From contig JBBRSP010000018.1 in NCBI GenBank assembly GCA_038245295.1, forward strand, positions 1 to 64,000: DNA of 64,000 nucleotides. Reading direction: 5' to 3'. This document shows, piece by piece, positions 42,882-52,840 of this stretch. Position 1 is the stretch's first letter, and each line of letters begins with the position of its first letter. The translations under genes were made by a program, and so were the position numbers. This DNA comes from Candidatus Binatia bacterium. GTDB taxonomy: Bacteria; Desulfobacterota; Binatia; HRBIN30. The notes below the pieces were generated by a model. It did not search any database. It saw only the letters and a program-made list of their open reading frames with translations, and was not told where the DNA came from.

Positions 42882-43102
42882 CGACCGTGAGTCAAGTTAC
42901 CAAGCCGGTGGGTTGGAGAGTTATGCCGAATTTGTTGCCGCGCGCCCCCTTTCGGCCCTTTGCATCGTGGGGCTGCGGCGTCGACGCCGCGTGACGAAAC
43001 CTTACACGCACCAAATCGCCGACGAAAAGCAGCCTCTAAGGCCAGAAATCAGGGTCCTTTGGGGGGCAGGTTCGTGTGAATCCAAACACTTGCGCTGGTC
43101 CG

Positions 43103-43136
43103 ACCCGGCAAACGCCGTCACCCGGCAAACGCCGTC
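43103..43136. repeat. 17-bp tandem duplication ACCCGGCAAACGCCGTC
   Basis: Two exact adjacent copies (43103-43119, 43120-43136). Confidence 0.85.
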
Positions 43137-43456
43137 CTCTTCAGGAGTCAGTCGGTAGGTGCTGGCTTTCCGCACGCCGGACTTCTTGACCAGGCGGGCT
43201 CTGACGTTCTTGGCGAGGAAGCGGTCGATGCGTGTGCGCCGCAGGCCAGAGGCGCTCCAGGATTTTTGACGCGGGTACCGAGGACCGCCTGTCCTTCTTT
43301 TCCGAGTAATTGCTGGTAACCGTAAAGAGCAACAGGGCGGTGAGCGACGAAACGCAGGCAGCCAAGGCGGCGGAGGCGGGGCATCTTCCCCTTTTCGCAC
43401 AGTTCTATCCTGGGCTGCGAGCGCCGTTGCTGATGGTGTGCGATGCGGACGGCGTA

Positions 43457-43497
43457 TTGACACACCCTAGGCCGACAAGTGATACCGGTTGGCCTAG
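43457..43497 (+). promoter_or_regulatory. Putative sigma70 -35 box with an adjacent palindrome
   Basis: TTGACA at 43457-43462; CTAGGCCGAC..GTTGGCCTAG (43467-43497) upstream of the 1,842-aa gene. The -10 match is weak. Confidence 0.35.
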
Positions 43498-43531
43498 ACT
43501 GACGTAGGGGGGCCAGAGCAATCGATGCTTT

Positions 43532-46500
43532 GTGCCAAGCCGGGAAGGAACTGGAACCTTGGGCACACAGGGGTATGAGGAACCTGGAGTTTCGAACCGA
43601 GCACTTATCTTTCCACTTTTCTTGACGCTTTTCTTGGCCTGCGGTTCCTGGCTGCTGCCCAAGCCGGTGCCGGCGGCGTGTAATCTCATCCCCGGAACGA
43701 TCAAGACCTTCAACTCAGCGCTCGGGGCCACGAACCGCCCGTTCGCCGCACCGGGTGAGAGCCTCGAGGTCAAGCTGCGCCCCTGCGATACCGGCTCTAC
43801 GGGCATACCGGCGGCGCCCGCCGGTAGCGTTGTTACCGTCGTCTTCACGCCGTCTTCCGGCGCCAAGAACGCGGTCATTCTTACCGCTGCCGCCGACTGT
43901 TCGGCGATTACGCCACAACTGGCCGCCTGCAATGCGCAGCTAGGCGGTGGAACTGCCACGTGCGTCGCTGCGCCGGCGTCGGGACTGCAGGTCGTCGATC
44001 GCGGCACTGAGCGCTCGCTGCGCTTTGCCTTCCCGGACACCGATTCATTCCTCGGCACACCAACCGACGACGTGACCCTCGCCGGTCCGGCGAAGATCGC
44101 CATTAGCGCCCCCGGTGCGGCTCTGCCGTGTGGCCTGGCGACGCAGAGCTGCAGCACACAAAGCGGACTCTTGGCATGCATCGATGACTACTACGCCAAC
44201 GACGGCAAGTGCGGCACCGGAACGGCACTGGCAACATTCCCCGGCTTTACCGCTTTGCCGCCGCCGAACGACTACCAGGGCGACTGCTTCGACGATTCGC
44301 CGCCATGCACAGCCAACGCCACCGAAGTGCGCGCCGCCCTCGACAAGGACGGCAACCTGCTGACGCCGTTTCAATGGGGCGGCATCCTGGTGCGTGATGC
44401 CGGTGTGCCGGTGCCGCGCCTGCTGCAGAGCCGCATCAAGTCGCCCGTGCCGTTCACCCTCGACGATGCCATCTACATCGGCAGTTACACCCCGGAAGGC
44501 GGTCTGCTGCCGCCGATTTTTGAGCCGCAACGTGATCCGACCGTGATGGATCCGAGCACCGTGTCACTGTTCGGCAGCGCCGACGCGCCGTACACGATTT
44601 TGCGCTTCGCGCGCCATCAGGGAAACTGCAGTGGCGGTGGACGCGATACTCTGGCCTGCTCGAACGACTCCGACTGCCCCGGTGGCAGTTGCGCGAGCAC
44701 GGGCAGCAACTTTGATTTCAGCCTGCTGCCGCAAGCGCCGAGCGGCGGTCCGATCGTCTTCACTCGCACCGCAACGGCCGGATTCTGTCAGGAGAACGTC
44801 GGCATCATGTGCACGATGAACTGCGGCATGGATGGCCCGTGCGTTAACTATGCCTACGAGGCGCACATCCCGGTGCCACTCGAAGGCCTTGCCGCCAGCA
44901 GCACGACACGGGTGTTCAGCATTCGCGAATCAATCGACGGCATCGATCGCAACGGCGATGGCGATACGAACGACACCGTGGTCGTCCTGCGCGACCGCGC
45001 CACTGGCGCCGGCCAGGATCTCGGTTCACCGGCGCAGTGCAGCCTGCCGGGAACGACAACAGGGCGCGCCATCGCGCGCATCTCCGCGCCGCCGTTCACC
45101 TTCCCAGCGGTCGAGGTCGAGAACAACGTCGTGGCGTTTCTCGAATCGGAATCAGCCGAGACCACCGCCTCTATCCGCTGTGATGTCGACGGCGACTACG
45201 ACGTCGCCGATTCCATTCTGCGCGTCGTCAAGCTTGGCGGTAGCGAGATCACCACATCTCTGCCCCAGCAACGCGGCGTCGACCCGTCGCTGGTCGTCAA
45301 CGATCGGTCCCTGGCCATCTCAAACGGTAAGGTGTTCTTCCGCAGCTCCGAAGCGGCAATGGCGCAACGCGACACCGAGCTCATCAGCGTCATCCCCTCG
45401 ACCGGCAATGCCGGAGGCGTGCCGGTCTTCCCGCAGCTGACGAGTGGAGTATCGGTGACGCCGGATGGACGCTACGTGGCATTTGCCACGAGTGGGGTCG
45501 CGCCCTCGCTCGATCCATCGGTACCCGGCGGCGGCGTATTCGTGCGCGACCGCCAGACCAATACAACCGTGCGCGTCGATGTTGCCAGCGGCCGCGTCGC
45601 CGGTCCCAATGACTTCGGCGAGGGCTTTGCGGCCAAGGCCGGTATGCAGGCCGGGCCGGCCATCTCGGCCGATGGACGGTTCGTCGTGTTCACCAGCCGC
45701 GACAACCTGGCGGCGGGCGATACCAACCCCAACAGTTCGCCGGATGTCTACGTCCATGATCGTGACGCCGACGGCAATGGCACGTTCGACGAGAGCGGCC
45801 CCGGTAAGACGACGACCGAGTTGATCAGCGCGCCGCTGAACCTGTCGTTCCAAAACTCCAGAACCGGTGCGATTTCGGCCGACGGTCGCTTCGTGGCGTT
45901 TGTTCAAGACCTGGATTCGAGTGGCGGCATGGACATGGTCCGCCGCTTCGATCGCTGCCTGAGTTATGGCCAAGCTGTCCCCTCTTGTAGCAGCGGCCCG
46001 GTCGATCTCCTCAACTCACCGACCGACAATTTGAATGTCTCCAGCATCTCACCGGACGGCCGCTATGTGTCGTTCACCAGCTACGCACAGCTGGTCGCGG
46101 GTGACACGAACATCCAGTTGGACGTCTATATCAAGGATATGGAGAGCGGCTCTCTCGATCTCGTCAGCGTGCGCAGCGACGGGTCGCAGCCGACTGCGGG
46201 CAACGCCAATGGTGGGTCTATGTCGGCCGATGGTCGCTTCGTCGCCTTCGTGACAACCAGCTTCGACGTCGTGCCAGGCGACACCAATGGCACTGACGAC
46301 ATCTTCGTCCGCGATCGCGTTGCCGGCGTCACCGAACGCGTCAGCGTCACAACGGGCGGGCTGCAGGGCAGCGGATCTTCGGCAGATCCGCACCTGTCGG
46401 CGGACGGTCGCTTCGTCGTTTTCTCCAGCGGTGCCCCCGATCTCGTACCGGATGATTCCAATGCCGCCGCCGATATCTTCGTCCATGATCGCCTGACGGG

Positions 46501-49060
46501 TACAACCGAGCGCGTCAGCGTCAAGAACGATGGTGCTCAGGCCCCCGACTTCTCCGCGAATTCCCCCTGCACGATCTCTGGTGACGGCCGAACCATCGTG
46601 TTCGGCACAAGCCACCAGCTCGTTCAGCCTGCAGATTCCAACATCGACTCCGATGTCTACGTGCGCGGCCTGAACCCGAGCGACCCACTCGCCGTCGATA
46701 ATCTTCTCTTCCCGAACGGCACGTTGAACGACAGCGTTCTGGAGGTTCTCGACAGCGCGACCAGCACGCTGACCAACTTGTGTCCGGCCACCCAGGTATC
46801 GGTCGCCAACGGTGCGGCGGCATTTCTCCGGCCAGAGTCGACGAGCGGCACCGCCGGCTGCGTAGCGGGTTCGCTGAACAGCGATGCGGACACGAGCGAT
46901 GCAGTGGTCCAATATTGGCCGGGCAGCGGCAGCGTACAGAACCTTGGTCGCGCCGCGACCGCCGTCTCGATGTCGTCGTCGTACATCGCGGCCCTCGTCT
47001 CCGAAGCCGGTGAGAACGGCACGATCCTCAACAGCGACTCCGACACCTTTGATTCGGTCGTGCAGATTCATCCGGCCGGTGCCGGCAGCTGGGCCAACAC
47101 CGGTCAGCAAGCCGACATCGTGCGCATGGTGAGTCACTTCGCAGTCTTCATCACGGATGAGGCAGCGCAAGGCGCCGGCCCGCTCAACGGTGACGGTGAC
47201 GCGACCGACAAGGTCCTGCAAATCTACGACGCGCTGACCTCGCAACTCGTGCCGTGCTCGCCGATCGTCGGCGCCAACTGCACGGCTGGCGTCCGCCAGG
47301 CGGCTAGCGACTTCGTGATCGGCGACCCAACCGTTACCAGCTGCGGCACGGTCCAGCTCGTCGCCTTCCGCACCTCCGAGGCTGCGCAGGGTGCGAATTT
47401 GAACGCCACGGCCAACGGCCTTCCGAGCGGCGATAGCGACATGAGCGACGACGTGTTGCAGGTTTATGATCTCGTCAGTGGCACGCTGCAAAACACCGGC
47501 GAGGCGGTAACGCCGTGTCGCATCCCCGAATGCGATCCGCGTACACCGTACAAAGTCGAAGGCGGCCGCGTCCGCTTCCTCACCACCGAAGCGGATCAGG
47601 GCAACCGCGATCTGACCGGTGACGGCACCCTCGGGCTGGCGTTGCAGCTCTACGATTTCTGCAACAACGTCACGACGGTTCTCGGCGAAGTGAAGAAGGA
47701 CAACGGCGATGCCGACCCGTTGGCTGTCCACGACAGCAGCATCTCGTACGTCGTGCAGGCCGGCCGCTGCATCCTCGACGCGCCGTCACCGTGCGATCCC
47801 AACAACGATCTCTGCGGTGGCGGTGCCGCGTGTAGCGCCGACAAATGCGCCCTCGGCACTTGCGACCAGAATTCGCTGAAATGTGTGAACGAACCGGCCA
47901 CCACTTGCGCCATCGACACTGATTGCAACCGTTGCACTGTTGTCGGTGGGGCGTGTGCCAGCGATGCCAACTGCGCCCGTTGTGTCGTGCACCAACCCGG
48001 CAGTTGTGCCAGCACTACCGATTGTGGGAGCGGCTCAACGTGTCAGACCGCTCTTATCGTCGCCGCCACGGGGATCGATGATCGTGACGACGACGGCGTG
48101 CCGGATGCGCAGGACAATTGTGTCGACACGCCGAATACCGATCAGGCGGATCTCGATGGCGACGGTGTCGGCGACGCCTGTGATCTGCAAACGTGCGGCA
48201 ATGGCGTCATGGAAGCCCCGGAAAGCTGCGACGACGGCAACCAGATCGACGGTGATACCTGTACGCGTCGGTGCGAGACGAACACCAAGGAGATCGGCGC
48301 CTGTCAGCTGGTGCTCGGCACGTCGATGCAGAAGTACTTCCAGGTACGCATCCAAGCCCTGCAGAGCTGCCGTGCGGCGCTCAACAAGGGCAAGCCGCGA
48401 TTCTTCGACAAATTGAAGACGATGCCGTTCACCGATCCGGCCTTGTGCGTGAATGAGTACGCGACCGCCACCAAGCTCGCCAAGCGGGCGCTGAGCATAC
48501 GCGCTACGCTGGCCAAGAAATGCAGCGACGCGGCGCTGGACGCCCTCTCGGCCTGTGCGTCGACCGTCGACGGTGTCATCGATGCTCTCGGGACGAGCGG
48601 TTGTCTGCTGACCACGCAGGCGGCGGTGGTGGACACGCTGATCGACGGCGAGTACGGGCGGGCTCTGAACAGCACCGAAACGACGCAGTACGTCTGCCAG
48701 ACCACGATCGCCAATGCTGGCCGCGTCTATGCCAAGACACGCCTCAACGCCTTGCGCGTCTGTCGCAATGATCTCAACAAGGGCAAGCCGCGCTTCTCCG
48801 ATAAGTTGAAGACGATGGCGATCCACGATCCGGCCCTATGCGTCACCGAATACGGGGTAGCAGGCAAAATCGCCAAAGCGGGCCAAGCGCTGCGCAACGT
48901 GATCGCCAAGCCAACCAAGTGCACCGACGCGCTGGTGCTGAACCTGGCGTCGACCTGCGCCAATACAATCGACGGCTTGGCCAACGCGACAGGCACAGCG
49001 GGCTGCCTGGTGACTGACAGCAGCAGCGCGGCGGATACACTGATCGACTCAGCTTATTGA
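43532..49060 (+). CDS. Large secreted Cys-rich protein: Ca-binding repeat propeller, TolB/PD40-like propeller, TSP3 repeats, myxococcal Cys repeat, duplicated helical C-terminus
   Basis: Signal-like hydrophobic stretch; S.DGRFV.F / LV.GDTN..DIFV.DR repeats; DDDGVPDAQDNC..QADLDGDGVGDACD; CGNG..E..E.CDDGN. Start uncertain. Confidence 0.88.
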   Translation: MPSREGTGTLGTQGYEEPGVSNRALIFPLFLTLFLACGSWLLPKPVPAACNLIPGTIKTFNSALGATNRPFAAPGESLEVKLRPCDTGSTGIPAAPAGSVVTVVFTPSSGAKNAVILTAAADCSAITPQLAACNAQLGGGTATCVAAPASGLQVVDRGTERSLRFAFPDTDSFLGTPTDDVTLAGPAKIAISAPGAALPCGLATQSCSTQSGLLACIDDYYANDGKCGTGTALATFPGFTALPPPNDYQGDCFDDSPPCTANATEVRAALDKDGNLLTPFQWGGILVRDAGVPVPRLLQSRIKSPVPFTLDDAIYIGSYTPEGGLLPPIFEPQRDPTVMDPSTVSLFGSADAPYTILRFARHQGNCSGGGRDTLACSNDSDCPGGSCASTGSNFDFSLLPQAPSGGPIVFTRTATAGFCQENVGIMCTMNCGMDGPCVNYAYEAHIPVPLEGLAASSTTRVFSIRESIDGIDRNGDGDTNDTVVVLRDRATGAGQDLGSPAQCSLPGTTTGRAIARISAPPFTFPAVEVENNVVAFLESESAETTASIRCDVDGDYDVADSILRVVKLGGSEITTSLPQQRGVDPSLVVNDRSLAISNGKVFFRSSEAAMAQRDTELISVIPSTGNAGGVPVFPQLTSGVSVTPDGRYVAFATSGVAPSLDPSVPGGGVFVRDRQTNTTVRVDVASGRVAGPNDFGEGFAAKAGMQAGPAISADGRFVVFTSRDNLAAGDTNPNSSPDVYVHDRDADGNGTFDESGPGKTTTELISAPLNLSFQNSRTGAISADGRFVAFVQDLDSSGGMDMVRRFDRCLSYGQAVPSCSSGPVDLLNSPTDNLNVSSISPDGRYVSFTSYAQLVAGDTNIQLDVYIKDMESGSLDLVSVRSDGSQPTAGNANGGSMSADGRFVAFVTTSFDVVPGDTNGTDDIFVRDRVAGVTERVSVTTGGLQGSGSSADPHLSADGRFVVFSSGAPDLVPDDSNAAADIFVHDRLTGTTERVSVKNDGAQAPDFSANSPCTISGDGRTIVFGTSHQLVQPADSNIDSDVYVRGLNPSDPLAVDNLLFPNGTLNDSVLEVLDSATSTLTNLCPATQVSVANGAAAFLRPESTSGTAGCVAGSLNSDADTSDAVVQYWPGSGSVQNLGRAATAVSMSSSYIAALVSEAGENGTILNSDSDTFDSVVQIHPAGAGSWANTGQQADIVRMVSHFAVFITDEAAQGAGPLNGDGDATDKVLQIYDALTSQLVPCSPIVGANCTAGVRQAASDFVIGDPTVTSCGTVQLVAFRTSEAAQGANLNATANGLPSGDSDMSDDVLQVYDLVSGTLQNTGEAVTPCRIPECDPRTPYKVEGGRVRFLTTEADQGNRDLTGDGTLGLALQLYDFCNNVTTVLGEVKKDNGDADPLAVHDSSISYVVQAGRCILDAPSPCDPNNDLCGGGAACSADKCALGTCDQNSLKCVNEPATTCAIDTDCNRCTVVGGACASDANCARCVVHQPGSCASTTDCGSGSTCQTALIVAATGIDDRDDDGVPDAQDNCVDTPNTDQADLDGDGVGDACDLQTCGNGVMEAPESCDDGNQIDGDTCTRRCETNTKEIGACQLVLGTSMQKYFQVRIQALQSCRAALNKGKPRFFDKLKTMPFTDPALCVNEYATATKLAKRALSIRATLAKKCSDAALDALSACASTVDGVIDALGTSGCLLTTQAAVVDTLIDGEYGRALNSTETTQYVCQTTIANAGRVYAKTRLNALRVCRNDLNKGKPRFSDKLKTMAIHDPALCVTEYGVAGKIAKAGQALRNVIAKPTKCTDALVLNLASTCANTIDGLANATGTAGCLVTDSSSAADTLIDSAY

Positions 49061-49226
49061 GGGTAGCCAAGGGGTTTCGCAGACGGGTGCGGGGTTCAGG
49101 GTGCGCGTATTGGGGGTGGCTCGCGTGAGAACGTCTCGCCGGGTCGACACGCACTGAGCGGCTTGCGCGGTTGGCCAGGCACAGGAATACTCCTCCGAGA
49201 TTCGACACGGCCGGGAGATCTTGCGC

Positions 49227-50348
49227 ATGCGGCTTACACAGTACCTCTTCCGAATGACCCTCTCGCTGCTCGCGGTGTTGGGTGTGGCAGCTTGGCTGGC
49301 GCCGCGGCTCGAGAGCGCTTTTCTGGCGAACCCGGTCCTGAATGCACTGCTGATTGTCGTCTGGCTGATTGGTGTCGCTTACATCTTCGCACAAACGCTG
49401 CGGCTCGGTCCCTCGGTCGAATGGGTAAACACCGTGCGACGCAGCCGCGACTCCGCCGGCACAGCCGACGCGCCGCCGCTGATGCGTTCGCTGGCGCGCC
49501 TGATGGCCGATCGCGCGACGCCGCTGTCGCTGACACCGACGGTGATCCGCTCGGTTCTCGATGGCGTCGCTGTACGCCTCGACGAGGGGCGCGAGGTGGC
49601 GCGTTACTTCACCGGCTTGATGATCTTCCTTGGCCTGCTCGGCACCTTCTGGGGTTTGCTGAAAACCGTCGGCTCGGTTGGTGGTGTAGTCAATGGCCTC
49701 TCCCTCACCGCCGATCCGGCCGAGTTGTTCAAGACTCTCAAAGCGGGTTTGGAAGGTCCGCTCACCGGCATGGGCACGGCGTTCAGCTCGTCGCTGCTCG
49801 GGTTGGCCGGATCGCTCGTCCTCGGTTTTCTCGATCTGCAACTCGGTCAGGCGCAGAATCGTTTCTTCATCGATCTCGAGGACTGGCTCTTCGTCTCGGT
49901 GCGCGCCGAACACGGGCAGAGCGCCGAAGCGGCGCCCTCGGCGTATCTGCAGGCACTCATCGAGCAGACGGCCGAGAACATCGATCGCTTTCAGCAAACG
50001 ATCCAACAGGCCGAAGATGGGCGTCGTCAGGCGGTGCGGGCAATGCAAGCGCTTGCCGAAGAGGTCGGGGCGCTTGCCGCGTCGCATAGTGGCGAGCGGG
50101 CGCGTCTAGTGCGCGCCGCCGAAGTCGACGCGGCGTTGCTGCAAGTCCTCGGTCGCATCAACAAGGCTCTCGACGCCGGCGAACTCGGCGACACGCTGGC
50201 ACCCAACGTGCGCGCCATCGAAGCCGCCGTGCAGCGCATGGCCGATGATCAGACCAGTGGGCGGGCCGAGGCGCTGCGCGAGATCCGCGCCGACATCAAG
50301 CTCCTGGCGCGCGTGCTCGGGGCAAACATCGACCGCACCCCCGGGTGA
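49227..50348 (+). CDS. MotA/TolQ/ExbB-family membrane protein (non-flagellar type)
   Basis: Four TM segments; FLGLLGTFWGL and GMGTAFSSSLLGL; coiled-coil C-terminal tail. Confidence 0.85.
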   Translation: MRLTQYLFRMTLSLLAVLGVAAWLAPRLESAFLANPVLNALLIVVWLIGVAYIFAQTLRLGPSVEWVNTVRRSRDSAGTADAPPLMRSLARLMADRATPLSLTPTVIRSVLDGVAVRLDEGREVARYFTGLMIFLGLLGTFWGLLKTVGSVGGVVNGLSLTADPAELFKTLKAGLEGPLTGMGTAFSSSLLGLAGSLVLGFLDLQLGQAQNRFFIDLEDWLFVSVRAEHGQSAEAAPSAYLQALIEQTAENIDRFQQTIQQAEDGRRQAVRAMQALAEEVGALAASHSGERARLVRAAEVDAALLQVLGRINKALDAGELGDTLAPNVRAIEAAVQRMADDQTSGRAEALREIRADIKLLARVLGANIDRTPG

Positions 50349-50351
50349 TGC

Positions 50352-51296
50352 ATGGCCCTGTCGCGCCGCTTCCGCAATCGCAGTGAATTGAACGTCTGGC
50401 CCGGCTGGGTCGACGGCCTGTCGTCGCTGATCATCGTCGTCATCTTCGTGCTGATGGTCTTCGTCGTGGCGCAGGCATTCCTGCAGCAGCTGCTGGCCGG
50501 ACGCGACAGGTCGCTTGCCGAGCTCAACCAACGCGTCGCCGAGCTCAATCGACTGCTCGGCAAAGAACACGACAAGAGTGCGGAGCTGAAGACACAGCTC
50601 GACGCCACGACCTCGAAGTTGGCGAGTATCACGGTGGCGCGCGATGACACGGCGCGCACGGCCAGCGCCTCGGCCGCCGAGGTCGAACGTCTGTCGCAGC
50701 AGATCGCCGAGCTGACGACACAGTTACAACGTCTCAACGACGCGCTCGGCGCCGCCGAAGCCAAGACGCAGCAACAGAACACGACAATCGAAGACCTGAC
50801 CCGTAAACTGAATGCCGGCCTCGCCGACGAAGTGGCGCAGCTGGCGCGTTATCGTTCCGAGTTCTTCGGGCGATTGCGTGAGGTGCTCGGAGATCGGCCG
50901 GACATCCGCATCGTCGGCGACCGCTTCGTCTTCCAGTCAGAGGTGTTGTTCCCGTCCGGCTCGGCGGCGCTGCAGAAGAGCGGCCAGGAGCGCCTCGCGA
51001 AACTGGCGAATACACTGCTCGGTATCGCCACAACCATTCCGCCCGGCATCCACTGGGTCTTGCGGGTTGACGGCCACACGGATCGCCAACCGATCCACAC
51101 CAGCGAGTTTCCCAACAACTGGGCCCTGTCGACGGCGCGCGCCCGCGCCGTGGTGCAGTTCCTGATCGACAAGGGTGTGCCGCCGAATCGGCTTGCCGCC
51201 ACCGGCTTCGCCGAATACCAGCCGGTGGACGACGGCAGCGACAAGGAGTCGTTGGCGCGCAATCGGCGTATCGAGCTCAAGCTCGATCAGCGCTGA
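50352..51296 (+). CDS. MotB/OmpA-family peptidoglycan-binding protein
   Basis: WPGWVD-TM helix, long coiled coil, VLFPSGSA, VDGHTD, NWALSTARA, NRRIE. Confidence 0.9.
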   Translation: MALSRRFRNRSELNVWPGWVDGLSSLIIVVIFVLMVFVVAQAFLQQLLAGRDRSLAELNQRVAELNRLLGKEHDKSAELKTQLDATTSKLASITVARDDTARTASASAAEVERLSQQIAELTTQLQRLNDALGAAEAKTQQQNTTIEDLTRKLNAGLADEVAQLARYRSEFFGRLREVLGDRPDIRIVGDRFVFQSEVLFPSGSAALQKSGQERLAKLANTLLGIATTIPPGIHWVLRVDGHTDRQPIHTSEFPNNWALSTARARAVVQFLIDKGVPPNRLAATGFAEYQPVDDGSDKESLARNRRIELKLDQR

Positions 51297-51305
51297 CGGA
51301 TGTGA

Positions 51306-52265
51306 TCATCGCGGCGGCCGCCGGCGGCGGCGGACCACCGGCACGACACGCTCGCGCAAGAACTTTTCCAACCGCAGGTTGAGCAGCTCGGGTTGCTCGA
51401 TCAATCCCGTGTGTGTGCCATGACGCAGCGTCAACAGCTCGGCGCCAGGAATACGTTCTTGCATCTGCCTCGCCAGGGTCACCGGCGTGAAGAGATCATC
51501 TTCACCGGCCACGACCAGGGTCGGCACGTTGATCTTTGCCAACCACGCGCCGGCGTCGTGCTTCTGCATCTCGTGCGCCATCATGAAGAACACCTGCAGT
51601 CGCATCTCGGCCAGATGTTCGAAGTAGGGTTGCATGTCCTCGAAGGCCACCAGCCCGGCGTTGATGATGCCGAGCGACGCCACAGCGTACGGAATCCGCG
51701 AATGCAGCAGCGGGCGGGTCAGCGCCTCGAGCTCGAGCGGGTAGGTAACGGCGAGCCAGTGAATGGCTTCGAACAGTGGACGTGCAATGCTCGGCGCATT
51801 GAAGAAGGTATCAAAAGGCCTGCCATAGCCGCCGCAGATCGGCACCAGTCCAGCCACCCGCCGACGATGCAGACGCCAGAATTCAAGAATCACCTGGCAA
51901 CCCATCGAGTGGCCGAGCAGCACCGCGTCGGCGACTCCGGCGGCGTCGAGCACGGCGGCGAGGTCGTGGGCGTTGGCGGTCATGCTCAGGCTGGAATGGG
52001 TCAGCCGCTTCGGCAAGCCGCTGGAATTGTGACCGCGATAGTCCCAGGTGACGACGCGCCGCTGCGGTGCAAAGTAGCGCACGACGTGGTTCCAGAAAAA
52101 CGTGGAGACACCAACGCCGTTGCAACAGACGATGGCGGGCTCGCCATGACCGTAGACGGTGTAGTGGATCGGAACGCCGCGCCAACCGTCGATGTGGCCG
52201 GTGCGAACAACGTCGACGCCGGCTACCGGCTTCTTCCATTCGGGCAGGTTAGTCGCTGGCTCCAT
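51306..52265 (-). CDS. Alpha/beta hydrolase
   Basis: WDYRGH, GHSMG, PTLVVAGEDD, GTH. Confidence 0.88.
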   Translation of the reverse strand: MEPATNLPEWKKPVAGVDVVRTGHIDGWRGVPIHYTVYGHGEPAIVCCNGVGVSTFFWNHVVRYFAPQRRVVTWDYRGHNSSGLPKRLTHSSLSMTANAHDLAAVLDAAGVADAVLLGHSMGCQVILEFWRLHRRRVAGLVPICGGYGRPFDTFFNAPSIARPLFEAIHWLAVTYPLELEALTRPLLHSRIPYAVASLGIINAGLVAFEDMQPYFEHLAEMRLQVFFMMAHEMQKHDAGAWLAKINVPTLVVAGEDDLFTPVTLARQMQERIPGAELLTLRHGTHTGLIEQPELLNLRLEKFLRERVVPVVRRRRRPPR

Positions 52266-52405
52266 AATCCAGCGCTTTGACGATGCACTCAACGTGCCGC
52301 GTCAGCGAAGAGAGACAGGCCGTGGGTTTGGCCGCGCGGCGTAGCCGTGGCTTTCTCGTGGCAACCTAAGGCCGTCGCAACCGTGGGAACGCCGCGGCGC
52401 GGGAC

Positions 52406-52837
52406 CTACGCAACCCTGGTGTAGATTCGCGCGAAGCGCGCCTGCTCGGCAAGGCCGAAGTCGCCGGGGCCATACTGCAGCAGCCAGTCGCCGGCGTTGC
52501 CGCGCAACACATCACCACCGGCGCATCGTGCGATGGTGAAGGGCTCGGCCATCTGCTTCGCCAGAACCGGCACCGGTCGCGCCGCGTAGGGACCGTCCTG
52601 CCCCGCTTGCGTGGGGGCGACTGGTTCATACTTGGCGTCAAAGCGCTGGCGGGCAACGCTCCAGCAGCTACCGGTGGATCCGGTCACGACGGCATCACCC
52701 ACCGCGTAACGATTCGGGCCTTCGAGGCTGGTCAACTCGCCGGCTTGTCGCGCGAAGGTCACCGTCACCAGCTCAGTCTTGATGTAGTGGGCCGCGTCGA
52801 CGTCGGTTGTCAGGTCGCATCCGTTCAGTTCGAGCAT
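52406..52837 (-). CDS. PGDYG-domain protein
   Basis: SLEGPNRY..GDA.VTG, RFDAKYEP, GDWLLQYGPGDFG. Confidence 0.8.
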   Translation of the reverse strand: MLELNGCDLTTDVDAAHYIKTELVTVTFARQAGELTSLEGPNRYAVGDAVVTGSTGSCWSVARQRFDAKYEPVAPTQAGQDGPYAARPVPVLAKQMAEPFTIARCAGGDVLRGNAGDWLLQYGPGDFGLAEQARFARIYTRVA

Positions 52838-52840
52838 GGG

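Noticed and set aside
43100..43140. c-di-GMP-I riboswitch (GGCAAAC motif)
   Set aside because: Lacks the GAAA-loop stem and the downstream conserved segment; explained as a simple tandem duplication.
43002..43463. 153-aa minus-strand ORF
   Set aside because: No motif or clear RBS; at most a short basic remnant, so it was not called.
49227..51296. Zorya anti-phage system
   Set aside because: No zorC/D/E-like genes adjacent, and the A-subunit tail is much shorter than expected for ZorA.
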